Source: Candidatus Methylomirabilota bacterium (GTDB taxonomy: Bacteria > Methylomirabilota > Methylomirabilia > Rokubacteriales > DASRDR01). Taken from it: a stretch of DNA of 64,000 nt. A program made the position numbers and the translations under genes. Below the pieces are notes generated by a model, which saw nothing but the letters and a program-made list of their open reading frames with translations, was not told the origin of the DNA and made no database searches. Where the stretch lies: NCBI GenBank assembly GCA_035550795.1, contig DASZOL010000050.1, positions 31,809-95,808 of the forward strand, given 5' to 3'. Of this stretch, positions 47,013 to 57,062 are shown piece after piece; positions within the stretch are counted from its first letter, which is position 1; the number at the start of each line of letters is the position of its first letter.

Positions 47013-47684
47013 TCAGGAGCTGGGACGCGGGGTCGGAGCACGGGAGACGAACGGGCTCCCACGCACCCAGAACCGCAGAGGCAGGCTCGCGGATCGGGTG
47101 ATTCCGATCCGGGGGCCGGTCGCGACCGCGGGCCGTGCGCCGGTCGGGCGCACGTGGATGGTGAGCGGCCCCCGGCGAAGATCCCGGCCGTTGTCGCGGA
47201 GCGTGACGTCGAGAGCCTGGGTGAGCCGCGCCGGTCCGCTCGTGAGCGCACCGAGCCCACGCGCCGACTGGCGCAGCACCGCCGGATCGAGACGGCGGCG
47301 CCGTCCCATCACCCTGAGACCCGTGAGAGGTTCGAGGGCACGGATCAGGACGCACCCGGGCGTCCCCGGCGGCCCCGCGATGGCGTTCAGACAGGCATGG
47401 AGCCCGTAGGCCTGGAAGACGTAGGCGACGCCGCCGGGACCGTAGAAGAGCCAGCGAGACGATGGCCGGAACGCCGCGTGCGACGCGCCGTCCTCGGGCC
47501 CCAGGTACGCCTCGGTCTCTACGATCCGTCCCGCCGTGACCGACCGCCCGAGCCGGGACACCAGGATGCAGCCCAGGAGGCCGCGCGCCACGCGCCGTAC
47601 CGGCCGCTCATAGAACCGGCGCGGGAGCACGCGGCCCGCGCCCGCCTTGCCCCGCGCGGACCGGGCCGCCGGCCCCGTTCGCAC
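47013..47684 (-). CDS. DNA-3-methyladenine glycosylase (MPG/AAG family)
   Basis: ORF 47013..47684. LPRRFYERP...VARGLLGCILV...GRIVETEAYLGPEDGASHA...VYFSYG-like VYQAYG segments are typical of MPG-family glycosylases. Confidence 0.85.
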   Translation of the reverse strand: MRTGPAARSARGKAGAGRVLPRRFYERPVRRVARGLLGCILVSRLGRSVTAGRIVETEAYLGPEDGASHAAFRPSSRWLFYGPGGVAYVFQAYGLHACLNAIAGPPGTPGCVLIRALEPLTGLRVMGRRRRLDPAVLRQSARGLGALTSGPARLTQALDVTLRDNGRDLRRGPLTIHVRPTGARPAVATGPRIGITRSASLPLRFWVRGSPFVSRAPTPRPSS

Positions 47685-47701
47685 CCGCCTCGCGCGCCGA
47701 G

Positions 47702-48451
47702 CTACAGAAGGCCCCCGTCGACATCGACGATCGCGCCGTGGACGAAGCTCGCCGCGTCGGACGCGAGAAACAGGATCATCGCCGCCTGCTCGGCCGGCTC
47801 GCTCACGTAGCGCAGCGGCATGCGCGCTTGGATCTGCGCCTCACGGTCGTCACTGCTCGCCATCGTGGAGTAGAAGAGATCCGTCCTGACGGGGCCCGGG
47901 CGCGACCGCGTTCACGCGAATGCCGTCCGGACCGACCTCCTGGGCTAGGTGGTGGCGCGTGAAGCCGATGACGCCGGCCTTCGCGCTGGTGTGGGGAATC
48001 GAGTTCGCGAGGCTCACGTGGCGCCCGGCGATCGATCCCACGTTGACGATGTGCCCTCGCCGCCGGCGCCGCATGTGCGGCACGACCGCCCGGCAAGTCA
48101 GGAAGTGCGCCTTGAGGTTGACGCCGACGGTCCGATCCCACTCCTCTTCGGCCACGTCCTCGATGGTGCCGGGGCGGCCGATCCCGGCGTTGTTGACCCG
48201 CACGTCGACACCGCCGAAGCGTCCGACGACGCCGCTCACGATCGTGCGGCCGTCCGCGTTCCGGGGTGACGTCGACGGCGTAGGCGGGCCCGTCCTCCGC
48301 CGCCGCCCTCGATCTCGGCCGCAACCGCGTCTGCGCTACGGAGGTCGACGACGGCGACTGCCGCGCCCTCCCGGGCAAAGGCGCGGCACGTCGCCCGGCC
48401 GATCCCCGCGCCGCCGCCCGTCACGCTGGCCACCCGCCCCGCGACCCGCAT
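47702..48451 (-). pseudogene. SDR-family oxidoreductase disrupted by three +1 frameshifts
   Basis: One SDR reading is split over four frames: ORF 48236..48451 (MRVAGRVASVTGGGAGIGR), a segment of ORF 47803..48378 (AAAEDGPAYAVDVT), ORF 47850..48239 (...NNAGIG...SAKAG...IRVNAVAPGP) and an unlisted tail ending at TAG 47702 (VRTDLF...FLASDAASFVHGAIVDVDGGLL). Shifts occur at G/C runs near 48306-48308, 48263-48266 and 47891-47894. Confidence 0.75.
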
Positions 48452-48466
48452 CGACGCTCCTCTCGG

Positions 48467-51400
48467 TCAGCCTGACCCGGCCCCGAGCGCCTCGGCCCGG
48501 GCGCGCCAGTAGGGCATCTCCAGCGTCCCGAAGGCCTCGACGGCCGCGTCCACCTCGACCTGGGCCTCCGGGCGCGCGCCGGCGCGCTGGTGCAGGAGAC
48601 CGAGATCCAGGCGGCACCGCGCCGCGAGGGGTCGCATCCCGAGCCCGGTGGCGAGCTCCAGGGCATTCCGGGCGGCATCGAGCGCCGACTGGAAGCCGGC
48701 CGATCCGCGCAGCCCCGCGGTCTGCCCGGCGAATCGTCCGGCATACGCCTGGCAGCCCCGCTCGCCGAGCCGCTCCGCGAGGGCGAGCGCCTGGGCCGCC
48801 TGCTCGCCAGCCCGGTCGAGCTCGCTCGTCTGCAGGAGGGCCTCCCCCAGCCAGGTGAGCCGGAGGCCGTGGCCCGCCAGGAGGTTCATGGCCGCGCCCT
48901 GCGACACGGCTTGCTCGAGCAGGGGCAGCGCGTCGCTCACCCGCCCGCCCAGCGTGTATGCCGCGCCGAGGGGGGCGGCGACGAACGGGAAGAGGAGCGG
49001 GATGTCCGCCATGCGCGCCACCACCAGCCCGCGCTCGAGGACGGGGATGGCGCGCTCCGGGTCCCCGCGCACGACGTGAAGCGTGCCCAGGCCCCAGGCG
49101 GCCAGGACCTGACTGTAGGGGTGGGCCGCGGCCTCGGCGAGGGCGACCGCTTCCCCGCCGCAGGCGATGCCTTCCGGGAAGTTGCCCAGCTCGGCCAGGC
49201 ACCAGCTGAGCCAGGCGCGGGCAAACACCGACGGCAGGCCCGCCATCCCGAAGTGATCCCGCTCGAGATCGCCCCGAAGCGACGCGATCGTGCGCCTCAG
49301 GAAGTCCGCTGCCCGCTCGTAGTCGCCGAGCGCGTGATAGGTCTGGCCGAGACGGCACGTCGTGACGATGTTCAGGCCGAAGTTCTTGAAGTTGGCGGCA
49401 ATCGCCAGGTCCCGCTGGCAGACCTCGAGTGCCCGGGCGTGCTCGCCGGTCCACCAGAGAGCCCCGGCGCTCTCGGAGCCGAGCAGGGCGGCGTCCAGGC
49501 TCGAGCGTGATGCGGCGGTCACCGTCTGACGGAGATAGCCGAGCGCCTTGCCCCAGACCTCACCGCGAAAGGCGTGATGCGCCAGGTACGCGGCATGCTC
49601 GGCGAGCCGCTCGGGGTGCAGGCGCTCGATCGCGTCGACGATCCGCGCGTGAAGCTCGCGGCGTCGCTCGTGGAGCAGACTCCCGTACGCGACCTCGAGC
49701 GTCAGGGCGTGCCGGAACGTGTACTCCGGGTCCGGGAACAGGCGCGTCTCGTACAGGAACTCGGCCGTTTGCAGGCGCACCAGGGAGCGAAGGAGGTCCT
49801 GCTCGGGCATGTCGGCGATGGCCCGGAGGAGCGGGAGCGGCACGCCCTTGCCGACGACGGAGGCCAGCTGCAGCAGGTGCTTGTCCTCGGGCGCCAGGCG
49901 GTCGATCCGGGCGGCGAGGACGGCCTGCACCGTCGCCGGGATCTTGATGGCCGGGAGGGTGGTGGCCAGACGGTAGTCGCCAGGCACCCCCGTGAGCGCG
50001 TGACTCTCGACCAGGGCGCGGACGGTCTCCTCGAGGAAGAACGGGTTTCCCTGCGCGCGGCCGATCAGGAGGCGCTTGAGCGGCGCGAGCGCGGCGTCCT
50101 CGCCGATGAGCGCGTCGAGCATTCCCTCGGCGGTCTCGGGTGGGAGCGGGTCGAGCCGCAGCTGGCTGTAGTACGTCTTGCCGCCCCAGCCGTGCTGGTA
50201 CTCGGGCCGATAGTTCACCAGGAGGAGCACGCGCGCGACCGGAAGGCTCTCGACCAGGCTGTCGAGCAACGCTTGAGTCGCTCCGTCGATCCAGTGAAGG
50301 TCTTCGAGCACCAGGAGGAGGGGCTGCACCTGGCTCTCGCGAAGCAGGAGCGCCTTGACCGCCTCGACCGCCCGCCGGTGTCGCGTCGACGGGTCCAGCC
50401 GCTCCCACTCCACCTCCTCGACGGGCATGTCCAGCAGCGCCTCGAAGGCCGTGAGCGTGGGGCGCAGGCCCTCGTCGAGCGTGAGGAGCCGTCCGATGAG
50501 CTTCTCCCGGACGGTGCGGGGATCGTCCCCGTCGTCGATGCGGAAGTACGCGCGGAGCAGGTCGATCACGGGCAGCCAGTTGGTCGTCCTGCCGTGGGAT
50601 ACCGCGCTGCCCTCCACGACGAGGCAATCGCGAGTCCGGTGAGAGCGGATGACTTCCCAGGCGAGGCGGGACTTCCCGACGCCCGCCTCACCCACGAGCG
50701 CCACGACCTGCCCCCGACCGCCCCGGGCCTGATCAAGCGCCTGGCGCAGCACGCCCAGCTCGGCCTGACGCCCGACGAGCCTGGTGAGCCCGCGCACCGC
50801 TGCCACCTGCAGGCGCGTCCGCGCCGTCGTGGTCCCCACCAGCTCGAAGATCTCGACCGGGTCGGCCAGCCCGCGAACGGGCACCGGGCCAAGCGCCCTT
50901 GCCTCGACGTATCCCTCGGCCAGCCTGAGGGTGTCGGCGGTGAGCAGTACGGAGGCGGGCTTGGCCATCTGCTCCATCCGCGCGGCCAGGTGGGTCGTCT
51001 GCCCCACCGCCGAGTACTCCATCCGGAGGTCGCTGCCGATGGACCCGACCACGACCTCCCCCGAGTTGAGGCCGACGCGAATCTGGATGGGCACACCGAG
51101 GGCGCGCTGCATCTCGTCCCCGTACCGTCCGACGTCCTCCTGCATCCGGAGCGCCGCGTAGCACGCCCGCAGGGCGTGGTTCTCGTGAGCAAGCGGCGCG
51201 CCGAACAGCGCCATGATCCCGTCGCCCAGGACCTGGTTGACCGTGCCCTCGTAGTGGTGCACGGCCTCGATCATGCGCTCCAGCACGGCGTCCAGGAGCC
51301 GTCGCGCGTCCTCGGGATCCCGGTCCACCAGGAGCTCCATGGATCCCTTCGTATCGGCGAAGAGGACCGTGACTTGCTTGCGCTCGCCCTCGAGCGCCGT

Positions 51401-51640
51401 GCGGCTGGCGAGGATGCGCTGCGCGAGGTGGGGAGGTGTGTACGCGCCCGGGGAGTCGAAGCGGCTGAGAGGCGGGCCGGTGTCAGGCAGACCGAGCGCC
51501 TGTCCGCATGCGCCGCAGAAGCGGCTGCCCGGGGCGTTCGCCCGTCCGCACGCGCGACAGACGCCGGTGAGCGCTGTCCCGCAGGCGTTACAGAACCTGG
51601 CCCCGGGTGGGTTTTCGTGCTGGCACTGCGGGCAGCGCAT
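48467..51640 (-). CDS. double-zinc-ribbon / class III adenylate-guanylate cyclase / P-loop (AAA_16, STAND-like) / TPR multidomain protein
   Basis: ORF 48467..51640, 1057 aa. Two CxxC...CxxC ribbons in residues 3-45. Cyclase blocks VTVLFADTKGS and GDGIMALFGAP. Walker A GEAGVGKS. The C-terminal third is helical-repeat (TPR-like). Confidence 0.85.
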   Translation of the reverse strand: MRCPQCQHENPPGARFCNACGTALTGVCRACGRANAPGSRFCGACGQALGLPDTGPPLSRFDSPGAYTPPHLAQRILASRTALEGERKQVTVLFADTKGSMELLVDRDPEDARRLLDAVLERMIEAVHHYEGTVNQVLGDGIMALFGAPLAHENHALRACYAALRMQEDVGRYGDEMQRALGVPIQIRVGLNSGEVVVGSIGSDLRMEYSAVGQTTHLAARMEQMAKPASVLLTADTLRLAEGYVEARALGPVPVRGLADPVEIFELVGTTTARTRLQVAAVRGLTRLVGRQAELGVLRQALDQARGGRGQVVALVGEAGVGKSRLAWEVIRSHRTRDCLVVEGSAVSHGRTTNWLPVIDLLRAYFRIDDGDDPRTVREKLIGRLLTLDEGLRPTLTAFEALLDMPVEEVEWERLDPSTRHRRAVEAVKALLLRESQVQPLLLVLEDLHWIDGATQALLDSLVESLPVARVLLLVNYRPEYQHGWGGKTYYSQLRLDPLPPETAEGMLDALIGEDAALAPLKRLLIGRAQGNPFFLEETVRALVESHALTGVPGDYRLATTLPAIKIPATVQAVLAARIDRLAPEDKHLLQLASVVGKGVPLPLLRAIADMPEQDLLRSLVRLQTAEFLYETRLFPDPEYTFRHALTLEVAYGSLLHERRRELHARIVDAIERLHPERLAEHAAYLAHHAFRGEVWGKALGYLRQTVTAASRSSLDAALLGSESAGALWWTGEHARALEVCQRDLAIAANFKNFGLNIVTTCRLGQTYHALGDYERAADFLRRTIASLRGDLERDHFGMAGLPSVFARAWLSWCLAELGNFPEGIACGGEAVALAEAAAHPYSQVLAAWGLGTLHVVRGDPERAIPVLERGLVVARMADIPLLFPFVAAPLGAAYTLGGRVSDALPLLEQAVSQGAAMNLLAGHGLRLTWLGEALLQTSELDRAGEQAAQALALAERLGERGCQAYAGRFAGQTAGLRGSAGFQSALDAARNALELATGLGMRPLAARCRLDLGLLHQRAGARPEAQVEVDAAVEAFGTLEMPYWRARAEALGAGSG

Positions 51641-51664
51641 CCGTGAACGGCGGCGGGTGGGGGC

Positions 51665-51916
51665 TCAGGTCCCTTCCTTGACCTCGATGATCTCGTCCGC
51701 CACGAGGCCGTGAGCCTCGCGATGCACGGCGGCGGCCGCCTCCTTGCTGGGCGCCTCGACGAGGCAGAACACCTTGCCGGTGCCCTCGTCGAACCAGTAT
51801 CGAAGATAGTTCACCTTGTACTTGTTCTGGACCCGCAGGTCCGCCGCGTGGGCGTCGGAAACCGCAGGGGCAGTGAGCCCCTCGACCTTGTTGTGGATGT
51901 CGAGATAGAGCGGCAT
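51665..51916 (-). CDS. DUF4242 (SCO4226-like) small protein
   Basis: ORF 51665..52039, trimmed to ATG 51916, which is preceded by GGGAGGAA. MPLYLDIH...AHAADLRVQNKYKVNYLRYWFDEGTGKVFCLVEAPSKEAAAAVHREAHGLVADEIIEV matches the DUF4242 pattern. It ends 24 nt before the cyclase start. Confidence 0.7.
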   Translation of the reverse strand: MPLYLDIHNKVEGLTAPAVSDAHAADLRVQNKYKVNYLRYWFDEGTGKVFCLVEAPSKEAAAAVHREAHGLVADEIIEVKEGT

Positions 51917-52224
51917 GGTTCCTCCCTGAGTGGGCTGCCACTTGGTGAGGCGATCCCCGGCAGCTGGCGCGTTCTGGCCGGCTCCGCCGGCGCTCCCGCG
52001 GTCCATTGTCGAAGCGTCACCGTATACATGCAACGGCAAACTTCAGGAGGCTGGTGCGCCCGTCGGCGGGAAGCCCGGCGAGGGGGGTGCCGCTCGTGCC
52101 CTGAGAGGAGTCGTCCTGTGCGGGCTGCCGGGCACGTCCCTTGCTCAGTTCCGAGGTGGCACGCGGCGCCGTGGAATGCCGCGGGGATACCGGGACGGCC
52201 TACGACGAGACGCATCGCCCTTGA

Positions 52225-52242
52225 TGCCGGTGACCACCGGCA
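52225..52242. promoter_or_regulatory. 8-2-8 inverted repeat, candidate operator
   Basis: TGCCGGTG-ac-CACCGGCA, read directly. It lies 46 nt upstream of ATG 52289, inside a 373-nt divergent spacer. Confidence 0.4.
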
Positions 52243-52288
52243 GGGACACTTCGTGACGCCGGAGCGGAACGGTGCGGGGAGGGAGGCG

Positions 52289-52591
52289 ATGGCGAGCGAG
52301 CAGTGGACGCGGCGGGACGTGATTCGAGGGCTGGCCAGGGCGGCGTTGCTCGCCGCCCTGCCGATGGCCGCAGGCGGTGCGCTTGCCAACGGACCGGGGT
52401 CCACGACCGCGCCGCGAGACCGGGAGGCGCGGCGGCGGTGGGCGCTCGCGCGGATGGACGAGATGGCCGGAGAGCGGCTCCGGTGCCACGAGCGGTTTCG
52501 GACGCCCAAGGAGATCCGTGACTGCCAGGCCGAGTTCGAGCGGCGCCACCGGACCTACAACGAGATCTACCTGGAGGCCGCCCGCGAGTGA
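52289..52591 (+). CDS. small Tat-signal protein, unknown function
   Basis: In-frame end of ORF 51710..52591, from ATG 52289, which is preceded by GGGAGGGAGG. Twin-arginine motif TRRDVIRGLARAALLAALPMAAGGALA. The mature part is about 65 aa, highly charged and helical, with two Cys (RLRCHERFRTPKEIRDCQ). Confidence 0.45.
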   Translation: MASEQWTRRDVIRGLARAALLAALPMAAGGALANGPGSTTAPRDREARRRWALARMDEMAGERLRCHERFRTPKEIRDCQAEFERRHRTYNEIYLEAARE

Positions 52592-52658
52592 CGCCGGGGC
52601 GACCTCGGCGGCGGGCGAGCCTCCGCGTGCGGGCGGCCGCGCGATCGCGCCCGGAGCC

Positions 52659-53690
52659 TCAGGCGGTCACGTCGACCAGCACCTTCATGACCGGGCCGCC
52701 CCCGAGCGCCGTCTCCATGCCCTCCTGGAGGGACTCGAGCGGAATGACCCGGCTGACGAGGGGCGCGAGAGGGACGGCGCCGCTGGCCGCGAGCCGGATG
52801 GCCTCCTCCCACGCCCCCCGCGTGTAGAGCCGGCTTCCATGCAGACTGAGCTCTCGCGCGAAGAACCGGTAGAGGTTCACCGGCATCGGCTCCGCGTGGA
52901 TGGCCACGATGCTGATGGTCCCCCAGACGCGAACGACCTCGGTGATCGCCTTGACCGCGGCCGGGTGACCCGTCACCTCGAACGCGACGTCGACGCCGTC
53001 GCCGTCGGTCCAGTCGGCGGCGAAGCGGACGGGGTCGGTGCCGGGGCCGAGAACCTCGAGGCCCAATTTCCGGAGCATGTCGACGCGGAAGGGATTGATC
53101 TCCGCCACGGCGACGCGGGCACCCCGGTGGCGGCACACGAGCGCGATCAGGCAGCCGATCGGACCGCCCCCGAAGATCAGCACCGCGTCCCCCGCCTTGA
53201 CACCCGCCCGCGTGACGTCGTGCGTGGCGACCGCGAGCGGCTCGATGAGGGCCGCGTGATCGTCGATGAGCGCGTCGGGGACCTTGAGCAGCCGGTCGAG
53301 CGGCACCGGCCAGTACTCCTGCATCCCGCCCGGCAGGTCCACGCCCAGGACTTTCAGGTTGTAGCAGATGTAGCGGGCTCCGATGCGGCAAGCGCGGCAC
53401 GATCCGCAGGAGCGCACGGGCTCGACGACCACGCGGTCGCCGGCCGCCACCCCGCCGTCCGGCGGCGCCTCGACGACCTCCGCGAACGTCTCGTGGCCGA
53501 TGATGCCGTCCTTGGGGACGCGGTGGTCCATGTGGCCCTGAAAGATGTGGAGATCGGAGCCACAGATGCCCACGCGACGCACGCGGAGAAGCGCCTCCCC
53601 GGGCCCGGCCGAGGGAATCGGTGCCTTGCCGGGCGCGAAGTGCCGAGCGCCCTTGTAGAAGACCGCACGCATGGTGCCCGTCGGTGCCAT
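52659..53690 (-). CDS. zinc-dependent alcohol dehydrogenase (MDR; sorbitol/threonine-dehydrogenase-like)
   Basis: ORF 52659..53690. VGICGSDLH, GHETFAEV, the structural-Zn Cys cluster CGSCRACRIGARYIC, and GGGPIG. Confidence 0.85.
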   Translation of the reverse strand: MAPTGTMRAVFYKGARHFAPGKAPIPSAGPGEALLRVRRVGICGSDLHIFQGHMDHRVPKDGIIGHETFAEVVEAPPDGGVAAGDRVVVEPVRSCGSCRACRIGARYICYNLKVLGVDLPGGMQEYWPVPLDRLLKVPDALIDDHAALIEPLAVATHDVTRAGVKAGDAVLIFGGGPIGCLIALVCRHRGARVAVAEINPFRVDMLRKLGLEVLGPGTDPVRFAADWTDGDGVDVAFEVTGHPAAVKAITEVVRVWGTISIVAIHAEPMPVNLYRFFARELSLHGSRLYTRGAWEEAIRLAASGAVPLAPLVSRVIPLESLQEGMETALGGGPVMKVLVDVTA

Positions 53691-53715
53691 GACGCCTCCC
53701 GGGAGGGACGCCGGC

Positions 53716-54750
53716 TCAGCCGGCGCCCAGCTCCTTCCGCACGAGGCGCGCGCCTGCGGCGAGCGCCCTGATCTTGCCGTTGCACATGTTCCGCGGACTC
53801 CAGCCGAAGCCGCAGTCGGGGTTGACGGTGAGCTTCTCCGCGGGCCAGACCTTCAGGACCCTACGGATCCGATCCGCGACCTCCTCGGGGGTCTCCGGGT
53901 AGAAGCCCTTGACGTCGACGACACCCGCACCGAGCTCGCGCCCCTCGCGGGCGTACTGGCCGATGAGATCGAGCTCCGCCATCTCGCGCCCCGCGAACTC
54001 CAGCACGAGCTGGTCGGCGCGCGCCTCGAGCAGTCCCGGGAAGTAGGGACGATAGGAGCGGTCGAACCGCGACCGGCCGAAGCGGTTCCCGAAGCAGATG
54101 TGGTAGGCGAGCTTGGCGCGGACGCCCTGCGTCGCCAGGTTGAAGAGCCGGGCCATCTCCTGGCCGCTCACGTGGCCGCGGGCGGGCTCGTCGATCTGGA
54201 TGAGCTCGGCGCCGGCGGCGACGAGCCCGCGCAGCTCCTGGTTGATGACCTCCGCGAAGCGCTCCGCCACCTGGACGACGCCCCTGTAGACCGACCCCGG
54301 ATGGATGCGCGAACCAAAGGTGAGAGGGCCGGCGGACGTCGCCTTCACCGCGTGCGTGGCATGGGCCTTGAGGTATTCGAACTCCTTGATGATGCCAAGG
54401 CCCGCGTCCGGCGTCTCGATCCGGGCGACCGCCTCGTAGCGGGTTTGCTGGTCGTACCCCCAGGGGCCGAGCTTCCGGCGCACCTCGATGGGTCGGATGC
54501 CCTTGATGATCGCGTAGTAGGAGTCCACGTAGCCGTCAAGCCGGCGAACCTCGCCGTCGGTGATGATGTCGACGCCCGCACGCTCCATGTCCCGGATCGC
54601 GGTGTCGGCGGCGTCGTCGAGCATCTCGTCAAGGTCGGCAGGACCCATCTCGCCCGCTTCCCAGGCCTTCACGCCGAGGTGCCACCAGCCGGCGCGCCCG
54701 TGCGAGCCAACCACGGTGGAGGGGATCAGGGGCAGCGTCGTCGGGGTCAT
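53716..54750 (-). CDS. cobalamin-independent methionine-synthase-like (MetE C-terminal/Meth_synt_2) Zn-dependent alkyl transferase
   Basis: ORF 53716..54942, trimmed to ATG 54750, which is preceded by GAGAGGAG. 344 aa, so single-domain. STVVGSHGR, DGEVRR, IQIDEP, and Zn-ligand motifs YHICFGN and NPDCGF. Confidence 0.75.
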   Translation of the reverse strand: MTPTTLPLIPSTVVGSHGRAGWWHLGVKAWEAGEMGPADLDEMLDDAADTAIRDMERAGVDIITDGEVRRLDGYVDSYYAIIKGIRPIEVRRKLGPWGYDQQTRYEAVARIETPDAGLGIIKEFEYLKAHATHAVKATSAGPLTFGSRIHPGSVYRGVVQVAERFAEVINQELRGLVAAGAELIQIDEPARGHVSGQEMARLFNLATQGVRAKLAYHICFGNRFGRSRFDRSYRPYFPGLLEARADQLVLEFAGREMAELDLIGQYAREGRELGAGVVDVKGFYPETPEEVADRIRRVLKVWPAEKLTVNPDCGFGWSPRNMCNGKIRALAAGARLVRKELGAG

Positions 54751-54901
54751 CGTCACGATCTCCTCTCGGTTCCCCGGTCGGCCTGGCCGGCGGCCCGGCC
54801 GGCGCGTCCGGGGGACCGCCGTAGATGATCGCGCCGGGCCCGACGCTGCACAAGCGGCCCGTCGCGGCGCCACGAGCCGTCTGCGCGCGACCGGTTCACG
54901 C

Positions 54902-55962
<1,061 letters not shown>

Positions 55963-55966
<4 letters not shown>

Positions 55967-57051
55967 GACGTCGCCTCCACGTCGTGGTAGAGGAAGCAGC
56001 TCGCCTGCTGCCGATCACCGACCGGGCGGAGGGCGGGCACGCGCTGGTCGCAGGTCCCCGACATGGCCTCGGCGCACCGCGGGTGGAACGGGCAGCCTCG
56101 AGGGCGGTTGAACGGGTGAGGGATGGAGCCGATGATGATGGGCAGCGGGACGCGGGGCGTCGCCTGCAGGCCGGGGATCGAGCGCAGGAGCGCGCGCGTG
56201 TAGGGATGCTTGGCCGCGTGGAAGATCGCATCCACCGGGCCCTGCTCCATGACACGGCCGAGGTACATCACGACAACCTCGCGGGCGATCTGGGCGATGA
56301 CCCCCAGGTCGTGCGTGATGAAGATGACGGCGGTTTGGTGCTTGCGCTGGAGCTCGCGGATGAGATTCAGCACCTGCGCCTGTGTCGTGACGTCGATCGC
56401 CGTCGTCGGCTCGTCGGCGATCAGGAGCCGAGGCTTGCAGGACAGCGCCATCGCGATCATCGCCCGCTGACGGAGACCGCCCGAAAGCTGCCAGGAATAG
56501 GCGTCCAGGCGCTGCTCCGGCATCGAGATGCCGACGTCTCGGAACAGCTCGGCGGTGATCTGACGCGCCTCGCGCCGGGTGAGCGGCGGGCCGTCGGGCC
56601 GCCACTGCCGCCAGTGCAGCCGGATGGCCTCGACGATCTGGTCCCCGACCGAGTGGACCGGGCTGAAGGCGGCCATCGGCTCCTGGGGGATGAGCGCGAT
56701 CTCGGCGCCTCGGATGGCACGCATCGGCGCGCTCCGCGGGGCGAGCCGGGTCAAGTCGACGACCCGTTCGGCGGCGGGCCGGAACAGGATCTGGCCCGAG
56801 ACGATCCGCCCCGGCGGCTCGACGAGCTGGAGGATTGCCCTCATGGCGACGGACTTGCCGCAGCCGCTCTCGCCCACGATGCCGAGCACCTGCCCCGGGA
56901 AGACATCGAAGCTGAGGCCGTCGACCGCGCGGACCACCCCTTCCTCCATGAAGAAGGAGACGCGAAGGTCGCGGACCGACAGGAGCGGGCTCAGGCTGTG
57001 ACTTCGATCCAGTTCCGTCCGCGCGGGATCGTCGAATTGTTTGGAGGTCAA
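55963..57051 (-). CDS. ABC transporter ATP-binding protein, OppD/DppD-like
   Basis: ORF 55963..57162, trimmed to TTG 57051 because the upstream gene ends at 57063. The start is uncertain. Walker [10 protein letters not shown], signature [15 protein letters not shown], Walker [14 protein letters not shown]. Confidence 0.85.
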
Positions 57052-57062
57052 GGCTGACCCCG

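Noticed and set aside
47850-48451. Treating ORFs 48236..48451 and 47850..48239 as two separate small genes, or as a programmed frameshift
   Set aside because: Together with two further frame segments they reconstruct one colinear SDR. Three shifts in one gene, each at a plain G/C run without a slippery heptamer or downstream pseudoknot, do not fit programmed frameshifting.
51917-52288. Partial resemblance to a cobalamin riboswitch core (GGTGC...GGGAAGCCCGG...)
   Set aside because: I could not find a B12-box or the remaining conserved segments. Neither flanking gene is cobalamin-related. GC-rich sequence produces such fragments by chance. It is left only as a generic 'scan with Rfam' suggestion.
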